This document shows, one piece after another, positions 18,288 to 27,549 of a DNA stretch of 41,145 nucleotides; within the stretch, counting starts at the first letter, position 1; each line of letters begins with the position of its first letter. Source of the DNA: Candidatus Bathyarchaeia archaeon (GTDB lineage Archaea; Thermoproteota; Bathyarchaeia; Bathyarchaeales; Bathycorpusculaceae); assembly GCA_038883715.1 (NCBI GenBank), contig JAVZLS010000013.1, positions 1 through 41,145 of the forward strand, read 5' to 3'. The notes beneath the pieces are model-generated. The model was not told the DNA's origin, did no database searches, and saw only the letters and a program-made list of their open reading frames with translations. The position numbers and the translations under genes were made by a program.

Positions 18288-19238
18288 TTATGGTCTATAG
18301 CCGCTCAGCAAAGCTAAGGCTAGGGCGGCAGCAATTATGTCTGCTGTTGTTCCCGGATTCAATAGATTGCTTTCCTTTCTTAGCATAGCGTCAAACTCAC
18401 GGAGCTTCTCCCTCCCAACGGCTGTTTTAAGACCTCCGCTTTTCAAGACTCCCTCAGCTGTAGCGGAGACTTCACGAGCTCTTTTAAGTCCAGCCTTTCT
18501 TGCAATGAAGGTGTCTGGATGCCTAGCTAAAACAGCAAGGAATGTGTGAATTATTGCCGTGTTAAGGTCTTCGTCTTCCTTAAGATTCTGCATCAACAGT
18601 GGATAGGCATGTTCGAAGGTTACTGGGTAGTTGTTAACCCATTCTGAGCAAACCATGTCGTAGGATGAGGCTATTTTGAAAACTTGGTAAAGTGAAATTC
18701 CCTCTTCAATTATGCGCTTCACAGAGTTTGGGTCGTTAACATCTAGGTCTGGGGCTTTTCCCAAACCGCTGGGCTTGGCAATTCCAACAGCCTCGTAAAC
18801 TGCAACGGCATCTTCGGGCGTTGTCGCTTCGACAATTCTTTGCAAATTTTGCCTTAAAATAGAAAGGTTAAAGATTCCCTTTTCCGTGGGTGTCATGCCA
18901 GCCGCCACAGCTAAAGGCGTAAAAAGTATTATTGTGCCAAGCAACGTGTTGCCACCGCTCTGCCAAGCATTAATGTCAGCTACACAGTCTCTGATAATCC
19001 CTCCAACACCTACGTCTCTCAAAGCCAATTCGCCCCTTGAAACAATCATGCCCCGTTCGGCAGCCAACCTAAAATGGGGAGCCGCCGCCACAGCAGAAGC
19101 CAAAAAATGCATGTGATTGGTTCCCTCAAAACCAACCACCAAATTCACGTTTCCAGGCTTATCAGCACCAACCTCCAAAAGAATGGCCAACTCCAAACAA
19201 CGCGAAACATGCTCAGCCTTGTTAAACGGGAAAGCCAT
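18288..19238 (-). CDS. CitG/MdcB-family triphosphoribosyl transferase (archaeal/methylotroph H4MPT-linked type)
   Basis: LEV..KPGNV, NTLLGTIILF, DTFIARK, NPGTTADIIAA. Confidence 0.9.
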   Translation of the reverse strand: MAFPFNKAEHVSRCLELAILLEVGADKPGNVNLVVGFEGTNHMHFLASAVAAAPHFRLAAERGMIVSRGELALRDVGVGGIIRDCVADINAWQSGGNTLLGTIILFTPLAVAAGMTPTEKGIFNLSILRQNLQRIVEATTPEDAVAVYEAVGIAKPSGLGKAPDLDVNDPNSVKRIIEEGISLYQVFKIASSYDMVCSEWVNNYPVTFEHAYPLLMQNLKEDEDLNTAIIHTFLAVLARHPDTFIARKAGLKRAREVSATAEGVLKSGGLKTAVGREKLREFDAMLRKESNLLNPGTTADIIAAALALALLSGYRP

Positions 19239-19288
19239 CGAACATTGCACCTTTACTGTATAGCTTGCATGGAAAGGCTTATTAACGT

Positions 19289-19306
19289 TGTGTAAAAAAT
19301 TACACA
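19289..19306. promoter_or_regulatory. palindromic operator in the citG/ECF-S divergent promoter
   Basis: TGTGTAA-AAAA-TTACACA immediately 3' of the BRE/TATA-like GAAAGGCTTATTAA. Confidence 0.6.
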
Positions 19307-19338
19307 GCAATTACCAAAAATACATAAGGAAGTTGAAA

Positions 19339-20295
19339 ATGCAAAAGTTAAAGGTGTCTGCCCGTGAAATAGCCCTAACGGCAATCTTTGCGGCTCTATC
19401 GTGGACTGTTTCAGAATTTGTTCCGGGAATTCCGATAATAGGCGCTTCTGGTTCAAGTATAAGCTTCGACGCCTCGCTGGCGCCCATCTACGGCGTAATT
19501 GTCGGACCATATTTGGGGTTTCTTGCAGCCGTGATCGGTGGTTTAGCTGCAGCTGGAAACCTCTTTACGATTTTAACATCCTTCTGCACTGGCATATCGG
19601 CGTTTGTTGCAGGAATGTTAACAACCAAAAAAGTGGGTAAAACAATTCATGGATGGACGTTTTCAGCGGTTGCCATCGCAATACTTTTGGCAGGCTGGTA
19701 TTCCACGGATATTGGTCGAGCGGCACCATTTTATCCGATTCCCCATATCACGGGACTGTTGATGGTGCTTATTGCTAGGGGATGGATTGCCGACAAAATT
19801 GTAGAGGAAAAAGAAGAAAAACTGGTTAAAAAATTGAAGACGGACTATATGGCTTGGGGCATGATTTGCCTATTGATAGGGATAACATGCTACTTCACTT
19901 ACACAGATATTGGAAAATTATTTGAAACCATGGAAATTCTCAAAGTTTTGCCATTTCTCACTTACGCCATGCTCATAATCGGAGCGTTCTCGATAATTTA
20001 CGGATTCTTCAGCTGGATTAAACCAGGATTTGTGACGGCTACAGCCATAGCGTGCTACTGTGGAATCATCGCAGACCATATGCTTGGCAACTTAATATTT
20101 TTGGGTATGATGGATGTTGTTGCTCCTGCATTGAAGAGCGCGCCAAGCGAGTTTATAGCGGGCATATTTATGATGGTGCTTCCGATATCAGTTATTGAAA
20201 GAACGTTGTTTACAGCTATTGCCACAACAATTGCGGTGGCTCTCTTGCCAACTTTACGGAAAGCTGGGCTCACATACAGAAAGAGCGAAATATAA
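19339..20295 (+). CDS. ECF transporter S-component-like membrane protein, extended
   Basis: EIALTAIFAAL, LAPIYGVIVGPYLG, DHMLGN, IERTL; ATG 19339 after AGGA. Confidence 0.78.
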   Translation: MQKLKVSAREIALTAIFAALSWTVSEFVPGIPIIGASGSSISFDASLAPIYGVIVGPYLGFLAAVIGGLAAAGNLFTILTSFCTGISAFVAGMLTTKKVGKTIHGWTFSAVAIAILLAGWYSTDIGRAAPFYPIPHITGLLMVLIARGWIADKIVEEKEEKLVKKLKTDYMAWGMICLLIGITCYFTYTDIGKLFETMEILKVLPFLTYAMLIIGAFSIIYGFFSWIKPGFVTATAIACYCGIIADHMLGNLIFLGMMDVVAPALKSAPSEFIAGIFMMVLPISVIERTLFTAIATTIAVALLPTLRKAGLTYRKSEI

Positions 20296-20305
20296 GCTGA
20301 TAGTA

Positions 20306-21334
20306 ATGATGTCGAAAATGCAGCCAGCAGAAGGCTTTTTAATAGAGTCTGTTGAGGGCATAATCTTTGACGTGAAGGGACTAGTTCACCCGCCAAGCAA
20401 GATAATAGCTTTTCCCCGCTTTATTCCAGATAAAAAAGGTTCTCGCATCCGCAACGGCGTTATGTACAGCAAAGTTTATGGAATTTCTGAAAGGTTCGCT
20501 TTTCTCGGAAGGACTATTCCGAATTATGTTGTTCACGACCCGATTTTTGACGATAAGCTATGTGAAGTTCCGCTGGAAAATGTAAAAAAGGTTTACAGCC
20601 CAATTGAGGGCTTAAAGAGGCTTAGGGAAAGCGAAAGCCTCGATGGTTTGGAAAAGGCTGCTTTGCAATGTCTAGAAATTTTGAAAAAAGAGGCAGGAGT
20701 GCCGTGGAACAAGCTTGGGATTTCTGGTTCGGTTTTGGTTGGCTTGCATACTGATGCCTCTGACATAGACCCAGTTGTTTATGGCGCTGAAAACTGCCGG
20801 AAAGTGCACAGAGCCTTGAAGAGGTTACTTGAGGAAGGTAACACTCCTTTCAAGCCTTACAGTTTGGAGGATTTGCGGAGGCTTTTCGCCTTCCGTTCGA
20901 AAGACACCATTATGAGCTTCGAGGACTTCGTAAAGGTCGAATCCAGAAAGGTTTTCCAGGGCAAGTTCATGAACAGAGACTATTTCATCCGTTTCGTGAA
21001 GGACTGGAATGAAATAGGCGAAAAGTATGGCGATATCCGCTATAAGAATTGTGGCTATGCGAAGGTTGAGGCCGTGGTTGTTGATGATGCTGAAGCCATA
21101 TTCACACCATGCACATACAAAGTTAGAGACGTAAAAGTTGTCGAGGGACCAAAACTCGAACCAATAAGGGAAATTGCATCTTTTCGCGGAAGGTTCTGCC
21201 AACAAGCAAGGGAAGGTGAGAGTGTCACGGCGCAAGGAAAACTTGAACATGTGACGGACGGCAGAAGTGGCGAGGAATACTTTAGGCTACTTCTTGGAAA
21301 CAAGCCAACAGACTACATGATTTTAAAAAGTTAG
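20306..21334 (+). CDS. Pol-beta-superfamily nucleotidyltransferase, paralog 1 (COG1665-like)
   Basis: EGIIFDVKGLVHP, LGISGSVLVGLHTDASDIDPVVYG, C-terminal beta domain (IFTPCTY, SFRGRFCQQA..GKLE). Confidence 0.85.
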   Translation: MMSKMQPAEGFLIESVEGIIFDVKGLVHPPSKIIAFPRFIPDKKGSRIRNGVMYSKVYGISERFAFLGRTIPNYVVHDPIFDDKLCEVPLENVKKVYSPIEGLKRLRESESLDGLEKAALQCLEILKKEAGVPWNKLGISGSVLVGLHTDASDIDPVVYGAENCRKVHRALKRLLEEGNTPFKPYSLEDLRRLFAFRSKDTIMSFEDFVKVESRKVFQGKFMNRDYFIRFVKDWNEIGEKYGDIRYKNCGYAKVEAVVVDDAEAIFTPCTYKVRDVKVVEGPKLEPIREIASFRGRFCQQAREGESVTAQGKLEHVTDGRSGEEYFRLLLGNKPTDYMILKS

Positions 21335-22416
21335 GTTTTAGCTGCCGGCTCTGCAACTTTCAAGGCTTGCTCGTAATAGCGCGGTCCATAAGTCAATGTC
21401 ATTTGGTGAAAGCACTCGCCATCTTGTAACTCAACTTTTTCAAGGTTTCCTTCAGCATAAACTATTTCGCCACTCCACGCCTGCATCCTAAACTCTTCAA
21501 GATAGGAGACAACCCTTTTTAAGTCTCTCACTTTTGGGCCTTCAATAATTTTAACAGTTTCAACATGGTAAATTGATGGCATAAAAGGGGCTTCTGAATC
21601 ATCTTTTATGCGTAGAAGCGCCTTAACCCAGCCTTCACGGGTAATTCTCCTAACTTGACCGTATTCGTTTCTAATTTCACTCCAGTCTTTCACTGGTTCA
21701 AACTCAACCTTGATGGTCCTTCCGGAGGCTTCGTCGTAGAAAACTCCGTAAATGAGCTTGCGCCGTTGATGCCAAATAAACTCTTCTGAGCGTATGTTCT
21801 TAAAGCGCCAAACCTTCCCCTTAATGGATGAGTCATCTTCGAACTCGTTAGAAAAACCCGAATTCTTATCCATGTAAAGTTCTTGTAGAACCTCACGTAT
21901 GCGCTCAAGATTTTTCCTCCCATAAACAACCATGTCTATGTCAGAGAATTTTGGATGGTAGAAGCCTTGGAGAAGCGAGCCGAAAACACCAAAATCCATA
22001 ATAGACAAGCCGGAACTAACCACTGTTGCTTCTAAGACTTTTTGAAGAGCCTTTAGAAGCTTGTCTTTCGGTTCTTTTTCAATAAGCCTTTTTAGGGCTT
22101 CCTCCGGCTTTTTTATGCCCGCCACATTGGAGTTTTTCACGCCGACAACCTTTCTGCCGATTGGCTCGTACAGAATCATGTATTGTGGATAGTTTGCCTC
22201 TATAAAGCGCCAGCCTTCATCCTCGTAAAACTTGTAAAAGACATTTGCGCCATCAGTTCTGTAGGCTTTAGGGTTGGCAGACTTAAAAAGATTAGAAGGC
22301 GCATACTCAGCATCGCATACGAAACCATCTGGCGGATGAGTATAGCCAAAAACGCGGAAGATTAAGCCTTCACGTGTTATTATTGCGTCGCGGTCCCTAA
22401 GCCTTAAACCGGCCAA
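21331..22416 (-). CDS. Pol-beta-superfamily nucleotidyltransferase, paralog 2 (COG1665-like)
   Basis: [58 protein letters not shown]. Confidence 0.85.
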   Translation of the reverse strand: MAGLRLRDRDAIITREGLIFRVFGYTHPPDGFVCDAEYAPSNLFKSANPKAYRTDGANVFYKFYEDEGWRFIEANYPQYMILYEPIGRKVVGVKNSNVAGIKKPEEALKRLIEKEPKDKLLKALQKVLEATVVSSGLSIMDFGVFGSLLQGFYHPKFSDIDMVVYGRKNLERIREVLQELYMDKNSGFSNEFEDDSSIKGKVWRFKNIRSEEFIWHQRRKLIYGVFYDEASGRTIKVEFEPVKDWSEIRNEYGQVRRITREGWVKALLRIKDDSEAPFMPSIYHVETVKIIEGPKVRDLKRVVSYLEEFRMQAWSGEIVYAEGNLEKVELQDGECFHQMTLTYGPRYYEQALKVAEPAAKT

Positions 22417-23441
22417 ATGTACTCTTCCTCGCTCTCAGCAGTTCCGACAACAACTTGATAAAAGGCTTCACCGCCGCCAACCCTCTCCACTCGTTCCAGC
22501 ATCCCGGAAACCTCTATTTTCTGGTTGCTTCTGGCTATGTTTCTGTAGCATCCAATCATGGAGACAACGGCCCATGGAACCATTTCTCTTGGAAGCTTTG
22601 AGTTTTTGTTTAATGGTGTGTAGTCTTCAATCTTGTATATGGCTGGACGGAACATGGCTTCGCTGTCATCTTTAACCTTGCATTGGAATTTGACTAGCGC
22701 GATTGGCGTGTAAAAGTACTCGCCATACTTGGTTGTAACTTCTTCTGGTTTACGGACAGCATTATACATGAAGATTTTCCCGAGGTAACGCCCCTTAAAC
22801 CGTCTCGCTGCGTCCAGACGGTTGTTAAAAATGTAGCTTAGGGTTCCCTCCTCAACAAGCTTGTTAATTGCTTCCTCCACCTTGCGGAAGTTCTGGCTTC
22901 CATAAACAACAATGTCTATGTCAGACTTTTGGGAATGCATGTTTAGTGCTATGGAGCCGTGGACACCAAAATCGTCAAGGACAACCTCTGAAGCATTGGA
23001 AACTAAATCTACAAAATCAAGGGTCATCCTTTGCAGTTTATCCAGCTTTTTCATTTTCAAGAGTCGTTGGAGGCATTCCCTTGGAACATAAATCCTCCTA
23101 ATTTTCTTTAAAGGTACACTGATAACATCTTTTCCTCTGTAAGGGCAATGGTAAACATAGTCCGGGAAATATGTCCGAAAAACTTCTAGGAAAGTTTGGT
23201 AGTTTTTCGCCGTGTAAAGCTTTTCAGCCCTAAAAAGCTCGGTTCGCCCATAACGCCACGTCCTCCCCAAAAGGCGGACATTAAATAGTTCTTTAAACCC
23301 TGATGGAATATACTTTAGAAAAGCGAAGACCCGCTTTTCCGGATGTTCGTACCCAAAAACGTTTAGTATAAAGCCCTCTTTGGTTGTGAATGTGTCTCCG
23401 TCCATTGGAAGCCAGTTTTTAGGTGCAGCCGTCAATGTCAC
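22404..23441 (-). CDS. Pol-beta-superfamily nucleotidyltransferase, paralog 3 (COG1665-like)
   Basis: [57 protein letters not shown]. Confidence 0.85.
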   Translation of the reverse strand: MTLTAAPKNWLPMDGDTFTTKEGFILNVFGYEHPEKRVFAFLKYIPSGFKELFNVRLLGRTWRYGRTELFRAEKLYTAKNYQTFLEVFRTYFPDYVYHCPYRGKDVISVPLKKIRRIYVPRECLQRLLKMKKLDKLQRMTLDFVDLVSNASEVVLDDFGVHGSIALNMHSQKSDIDIVVYGSQNFRKVEEAINKLVEEGTLSYIFNNRLDAARRFKGRYLGKIFMYNAVRKPEEVTTKYGEYFYTPIALVKFQCKVKDDSEAMFRPAIYKIEDYTPLNKNSKLPREMVPWAVVSMIGCYRNIARSNQKIEVSGMLERVERVGGGEAFYQVVVGTAESEEEYIWPV

Positions 23442-23531
23442 CTTGTTAGAATTTGGCTGACTGTTTTAAAAGTGTTGACGTTGAGTAGAAAACAATTTAA
23501 GATTAACAGTGAAGACTTTTGATGGGTATGT

Positions 23532-24005
23532 TTGGTGAGTTCTCTACATCCCTATGTAGTTTTCCTTCCAGCCGAAGAAAAAGACCGCATACTAAGCGCA
23601 ATTTTCGGCTCTAAGGCTTCCCTTGACATTTTAAGATTCTTCCTTAAAACTGGGATTTCAAACAAAGTTTACCAGAAAGACCTCGTTAAGGGGCTTTCCT
23701 ACTCAAACAAGACTATAATCGAGAACTTGAAGGTTTTGACCAAACTTGGAATCTTAACAGAGAACATGGAAAAGAAACAGCATGAAGGACGCATAATATG
23801 GGTTAAATCCTACAAGCTTTCAGATGCCGGAAAATGGTTCGCCCTTCTTTTGGCTGAGGAAAAGGAGCTTTCAGACAAGGAAAAGGCAGAAATATTACAG
23901 AACATTTTCAGAAGCTACATAAAATGGGTAAAAAACCTATCGGAAAAACTCCACGTGGAAAAGGCCACATTTAAAAGAATCTTTAGCGAAGAGATGGAAG
24001 GCTAG
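23532..24005 (+). CDS. winged-HTH protein, probable transcription regulator
   Basis: VYQKDLVKGLSYSNKTIIENLKVLTKLGIL..YKLSDAG. Confidence 0.75.
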   Translation: MVSSLHPYVVFLPAEEKDRILSAIFGSKASLDILRFFLKTGISNKVYQKDLVKGLSYSNKTIIENLKVLTKLGILTENMEKKQHEGRIIWVKSYKLSDAGKWFALLLAEEKELSDKEKAEILQNIFRSYIKWVKNLSEKLHVEKATFKRIFSEEMEG

Positions 24006-24016
24006 AAGGTGCAAAA

Positions 24017-24559
24017 TTGAAAACCAAGGTCGCAGTCATAGCCGTATTGGGAGGCAAAGAGTCAGGCAAAACAACGACAATAGAAGCCTTAACAAGGGAG
24101 CTAACCCGCCGAGGCTACAAAGTTGCAGCCATAAAACACATTCCAGAGAAAGACTTTACAATCGACACAAGGGGCAAGGACACTTGGAGATTCGCCGAAG
24201 CCGGAGCAAAAACAGTGGTCGGCATCTCGCCAAAAGAAGTGGCCACTATAGAAAAGGGCAGCGCGAACAATTTTTCCCTAGAAGCCATAATAGAAAAATG
24301 CCAAGACAGTGACATAATCCTAATTGAAGGTTTCAGAAAAATTTTGGGCAAAAACTCCAATATACCAAAAATAGTGGCGGTAAAATCTGAAGAGGAGGCT
24401 GCTGAAGCCCTAAAAGCCTATAAGCCCATAATAGCCTTTACAGGACCCTACTCGCCGATGATAAAAGACTTGCCGGCTCCATACTTTGATGTTTTTAGGG
24501 AGCAAGCCGAACTTGCGAAGCTTGTGGAAAAAATTATAAGGGAAAAAAGAGGTTTTTGA
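24017..24559 (+). CDS. mobB: molybdopterin-guanine dinucleotide biosynthesis protein B
   Basis: GGKESGKTT, IKH, DTRGKDTWRF, LIEGFR. Confidence 0.92.
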   Translation: MKTKVAVIAVLGGKESGKTTTIEALTRELTRRGYKVAAIKHIPEKDFTIDTRGKDTWRFAEAGAKTVVGISPKEVATIEKGSANNFSLEAIIEKCQDSDIILIEGFRKILGKNSNIPKIVAVKSEEEAAEALKAYKPIIAFTGPYSPMIKDLPAPYFDVFREQAELAKLVEKIIREKRGF

Positions 24560-24562
24560 AGT

Positions 24563-24699
24563 AGCCCCTTTATGGAGCGCCCATGTTTATTTGTGGGGTT
24601 TGGAGATTCCGAGGGGGAGAAGGGGGAGAAAGGAGAGCTTTTCAAAAATAGAAGTGGTTTCTCCAAACCTTTCCACTTTTTGGGCGTTCCTATAGGGCT
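24563..24699. repeat. long imperfect inverted repeat between convergent mobB and cdvC
   Basis: AGCCC/GGGCT, GGAGCGCCCA/TGGGCGTTCC, GTGG/CCAC and GGTTTGGAGA/TCTCCAAACC around a purine-rich loop. Confidence 0.7.
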
Positions 24700-25859
24700 T
24701 TAAAGGCTTCAAACCATCTGTTGTATAGGGCCAGCATGTCAAGGGAGACGCTTGGCTTTCTCTCTTCAAGAATCTGTCTAAAATCGCTCATCCGCAGGGG
24801 CCTTGGCTTGGCAAGCTTGTTTGATGCTTGACCAGACTCAAAGAATTCGCCTATAACTTTTAGGTGGGCTGCTTGGCAGACGTCTTTTATGTCGCTTCCT
24901 GAAAAGCCTTCTGAAAGCCTAGCCAACTCGTGCAAATCCACATCTGGAGCCAAGAGCAAATTGCTCGTGTAATGCTTAAACATCATTAGGCGGGCGTGGT
25001 GGTCTGGAAGTGGCACAAGGATACGCTTTTGGAAACGCCTAATAAAGGGCCAGTCCAAATCCCAAGGCTTATTTGTGGCGCCAATAACATAGACGTGAAT
25101 GTTTTTGCCCTTATCTATTATGCCGTCCATCTCCTTCAAGAACTGGTTTCGCACTCGAACTTCGCCGCCAACCTCGTTGGAATGCTTACCCATCAGAGAG
25201 TCTAACTCATCAATGAAGATTATAGCTGGCTTCTTATCCTCCAAAGCAGACTTCCTAGCAGACTCAAAGAGGCGGGCAACATTCTGCTCAGCCTCACCCA
25301 GCCACTTAGACATTATTGAGGCGGCATCCACAGAAATAAAGACGGCGTCAATCTCTGTTGCGGCAGCGGCGGCCAACAAAGTTTTGCCGCATCCAGGTGG
25401 TCCGAATAGTAGTATGCCTCTAGGCCACCCAAGTGGGAAAAGGTCTGGTCTCTGAACCGGGTAGATTATGGCTTCCTTTATGGCTTTCTTTGCAGTGTCA
25501 AGTCCAATAACCTCGTCCCATTTCACGTTTGGCTTTTCCTTAACAATTAGGTCTTCATAGCTGGCCTTCCTCTCCTCGCCCACTTTTCCTCCTTCAACAC
25601 CTTTAGCTTCTTCCGCCCTTGGCTCTGCTGGACCAACAGCGCCCTGCAGCACTTTAATTCTCTCTTGATAGGCTATGGCCCTTTGAATGTAAACCTTGTT
25701 TAAGCTGTAATCCGGATAAAGCTGAACAAGCTTCAGAAGGGTTTCTATAGCCTTCTGATACATGGTTATGGCCATGCCTCTGGCTCCCTGCTTGTCTAGG
25801 CGGACAGCCTCTAATGCATAGTTTGTTGCAGCCTTTTCCAGTTCCTGCGAAGCTTCCAT
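24690..25859 (-). CDS. cdvC: CdvC / Vps4 AAA ATPase with MIT domain
   Basis: N-terminal MIT (AVRLDKQG..AITMYQKAI), GPPGCGKT, SKWLGE, FIDELD, ATNKPWDLD, RRFQKR. Confidence 0.95.
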   Translation of the reverse strand: MEASQELEKAATNYALEAVRLDKQGARGMAITMYQKAIETLLKLVQLYPDYSLNKVYIQRAIAYQERIKVLQGAVGPAEPRAEEAKGVEGGKVGEERKASYEDLIVKEKPNVKWDEVIGLDTAKKAIKEAIIYPVQRPDLFPLGWPRGILLFGPPGCGKTLLAAAAATEIDAVFISVDAASIMSKWLGEAEQNVARLFESARKSALEDKKPAIIFIDELDSLMGKHSNEVGGEVRVRNQFLKEMDGIIDKGKNIHVYVIGATNKPWDLDWPFIRRFQKRILVPLPDHHARLMMFKHYTSNLLLAPDVDLHELARLSEGFSGSDIKDVCQAAHLKVIGEFFESGQASNKLAKPRPLRMSDFRQILEERKPSVSLDMLALYNRWFEAFKAL

Positions 25860-25866
25860 AAGGAGT

Positions 25867-26784
25867 TCACCTTCTAGCTTCGATCTTTATCTTACCTTTA
25901 GCCCCAAGACTTTGGAGGGCTTTTTCAATATCTTCGTATGAGGCGCCCAACTCCCGAGAGCAGCGCGTTAAGTCTATTTCGCCTCCACTTTTCCGAACAT
26001 ATTCTAGGAGGGCGTCTTCAAGCGTCGGCTTTCCAACCCGGAGCGAAATCTCTTGGATTTCAGCCTTTCTGAAGGAGATGAGGTTTTGGGAGCTGCTCCC
26101 TTCGGCTTCAACTGTTTCGCCGCCAACAGACTGGGAGCATGAAGCAGCTAGGGCAACCATCTGCTTAATCTGGGCTTGGGCAGGCTCAAGTTTTGCCTCC
26201 AGCTTTGGCGCTGGTGCTTCCTCCTGCATAGCGGGCGGTTCAGGAAGCTTCTCAGCCAACCTCCTCTCCAAGAAACTTGAAACTTCTTTCAGAATTTGTT
26301 CTCCGGCTGGTGTAACTCTGTCAACTGGGATTATTACTTCGTCTGCTGATATTCTTGTAGAGTAGATTGTTTCTCCTATAACGTCGTTGATTTCGCTAAG
26401 CTCTGAGGAAACCTCTGGTAAAACATCAAAGAGCTGTTTTGAGACGCTTTGGAGAGTTCTCAAGGCAGGTTTTAGGTCTATGACTATGTCGCTTAGCTCT
26501 TTCACCGTTTCGAGGCGGAGGATAACCCTTTCAATGGCAAGCTCCACCTGCTGGAGAAAATTAATTAGCTTTCGAACTTCGGCTAGCTCGTTTGCACATA
26601 TTGCGGCCCTTTCCTTGTTGTTGGCTCTTAGTGCTGTTACGCATGTCTGGAATAGGTTTTTGTCTCTTTCCTTCAGCCTCAGTGATGCTTGAACCACTTT
26701 ATGTTGTTGGATTCGCAGTTTATGCACAGACTTGATTATAACTTCTCGTAGTGGTGGAGGGGTTTGGGTGAAAGGGTTTTTTAT
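25867..26784 (-). CDS. cdvB: CdvB (ESCRT-III core, MIM2, C-terminal winged helix); probable ATA start at 26784 (track start 26727)
   Basis: RAAICANELAEVRK, LRLETV, LPEPP, C-terminal YVRKSGGEIDL..LGAKGKI; GGAGGG-N7-ATA in frame. Confidence 0.9.
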   Translation of the reverse strand: MKNPFTQTPPPLREVIIKSVHKLRIQQHKVVQASLRLKERDKNLFQTCVTALRANNKERAAICANELAEVRKLINFLQQVELAIERVILRLETVKELSDIVIDLKPALRTLQSVSKQLFDVLPEVSSELSEINDVIGETIYSTRISADEVIIPVDRVTPAGEQILKEVSSFLERRLAEKLPEPPAMQEEAPAPKLEAKLEPAQAQIKQMVALAASCSQSVGGETVEAEGSSSQNLISFRKAEIQEISLRVGKPTLEDALLEYVRKSGGEIDLTRCSRELGASYEDIEKALQSLGAKGKIKIEARR

Positions 26785-26814
26785 TTTTGCTCCCTCCGCC
26801 CGCTACGCAGAAAC

Positions 26815-27534
26815 CTATATTCCGGATTCGCCTGCTTCTTTCACGTAAACTATGACTGGTGGTTCTGGGAGGCTTGGAGACGGGGGAGTTGGGGCTTCAA
26901 CATGCTCTTCAGTAACAGCCTTCGGCGCCTCTCCCAATAGAATGTTTGAAAGCTTGTTTTTCATGCTTTCAAGGTCTGTCTTCTCCAAGTTCGCCCTTTT
27001 CAGGCATTCTTGAATTGTTGTAAACGCCGCCTGATAAGATTGGTCGTCAACCTCGCCTATCTCATGCTCTACTTCTAGGTGGACAAGCGCATAATTCAGC
27101 TCCCTAATCTCCTGATTGCACCTTTCAATCTCTTTATCAATCCTTTCAAGAAGGGTTTGGGCTTCACTTTTAAGCTGGTTTAGGGCGCCCTCAAAACTTC
27201 TGTGTAAGTCTTCATAAACTTCTGGTGAAATCTTTTTTTTCTCAAGAAGCTCTTTTAGGGCTTGGTCTTTACGCCATATAAGCGGAATCTGGTCGCAGAA
27301 AACCGCGGTATCATATTTAACTTTTGAAAGGAAAATTACTTCTGAGCCTTCAACCTTTATTGTCCCAGCGGGATACTTAACGAAGCGCCCATCACTGTGC
27401 CTTATGTAAACGGCGTCCACTCCACCGTGGGGCTTTACAGCTAGGGAAGCCACCTCGCCTATTGGGCGTCCATACTCGTCTTTAATGACTTTGCCGAGGG
27501 ACAAAAAAAGATTGGGATCTTGTGGCATGTACAC
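26815..27534 (-). CDS. cdvA: CdvA (PRC barrel, coiled coil, C-terminal CdvB-binding peptide)
   Basis: GKVIKDEYGRPIG, GEVDDQSY, C-terminal PEPPVIVYV; located between ESCRT-III genes. Confidence 0.88.
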   Translation of the reverse strand: MYMPQDPNLFLSLGKVIKDEYGRPIGEVASLAVKPHGGVDAVYIRHSDGRFVKYPAGTIKVEGSEVIFLSKVKYDTAVFCDQIPLIWRKDQALKELLEKKKISPEVYEDLHRSFEGALNQLKSEAQTLLERIDKEIERCNQEIRELNYALVHLEVEHEIGEVDDQSYQAAFTTIQECLKRANLEKTDLESMKNKLSNILLGEAPKAVTEEHVEAPTPPSPSLPEPPVIVYVKEAGESGI

Positions 27535-27549
27535 TCCTCCATTATGTTA

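Noticed and set aside
20306-23441. Nucleotidyltransferases as MNT-HEPN toxin-antitoxin or CBASS cyclases
   Set aside because: They are about 350 aa with extra domains, have no HEPN partner or CBASS effector nearby, and sit in a housekeeping context
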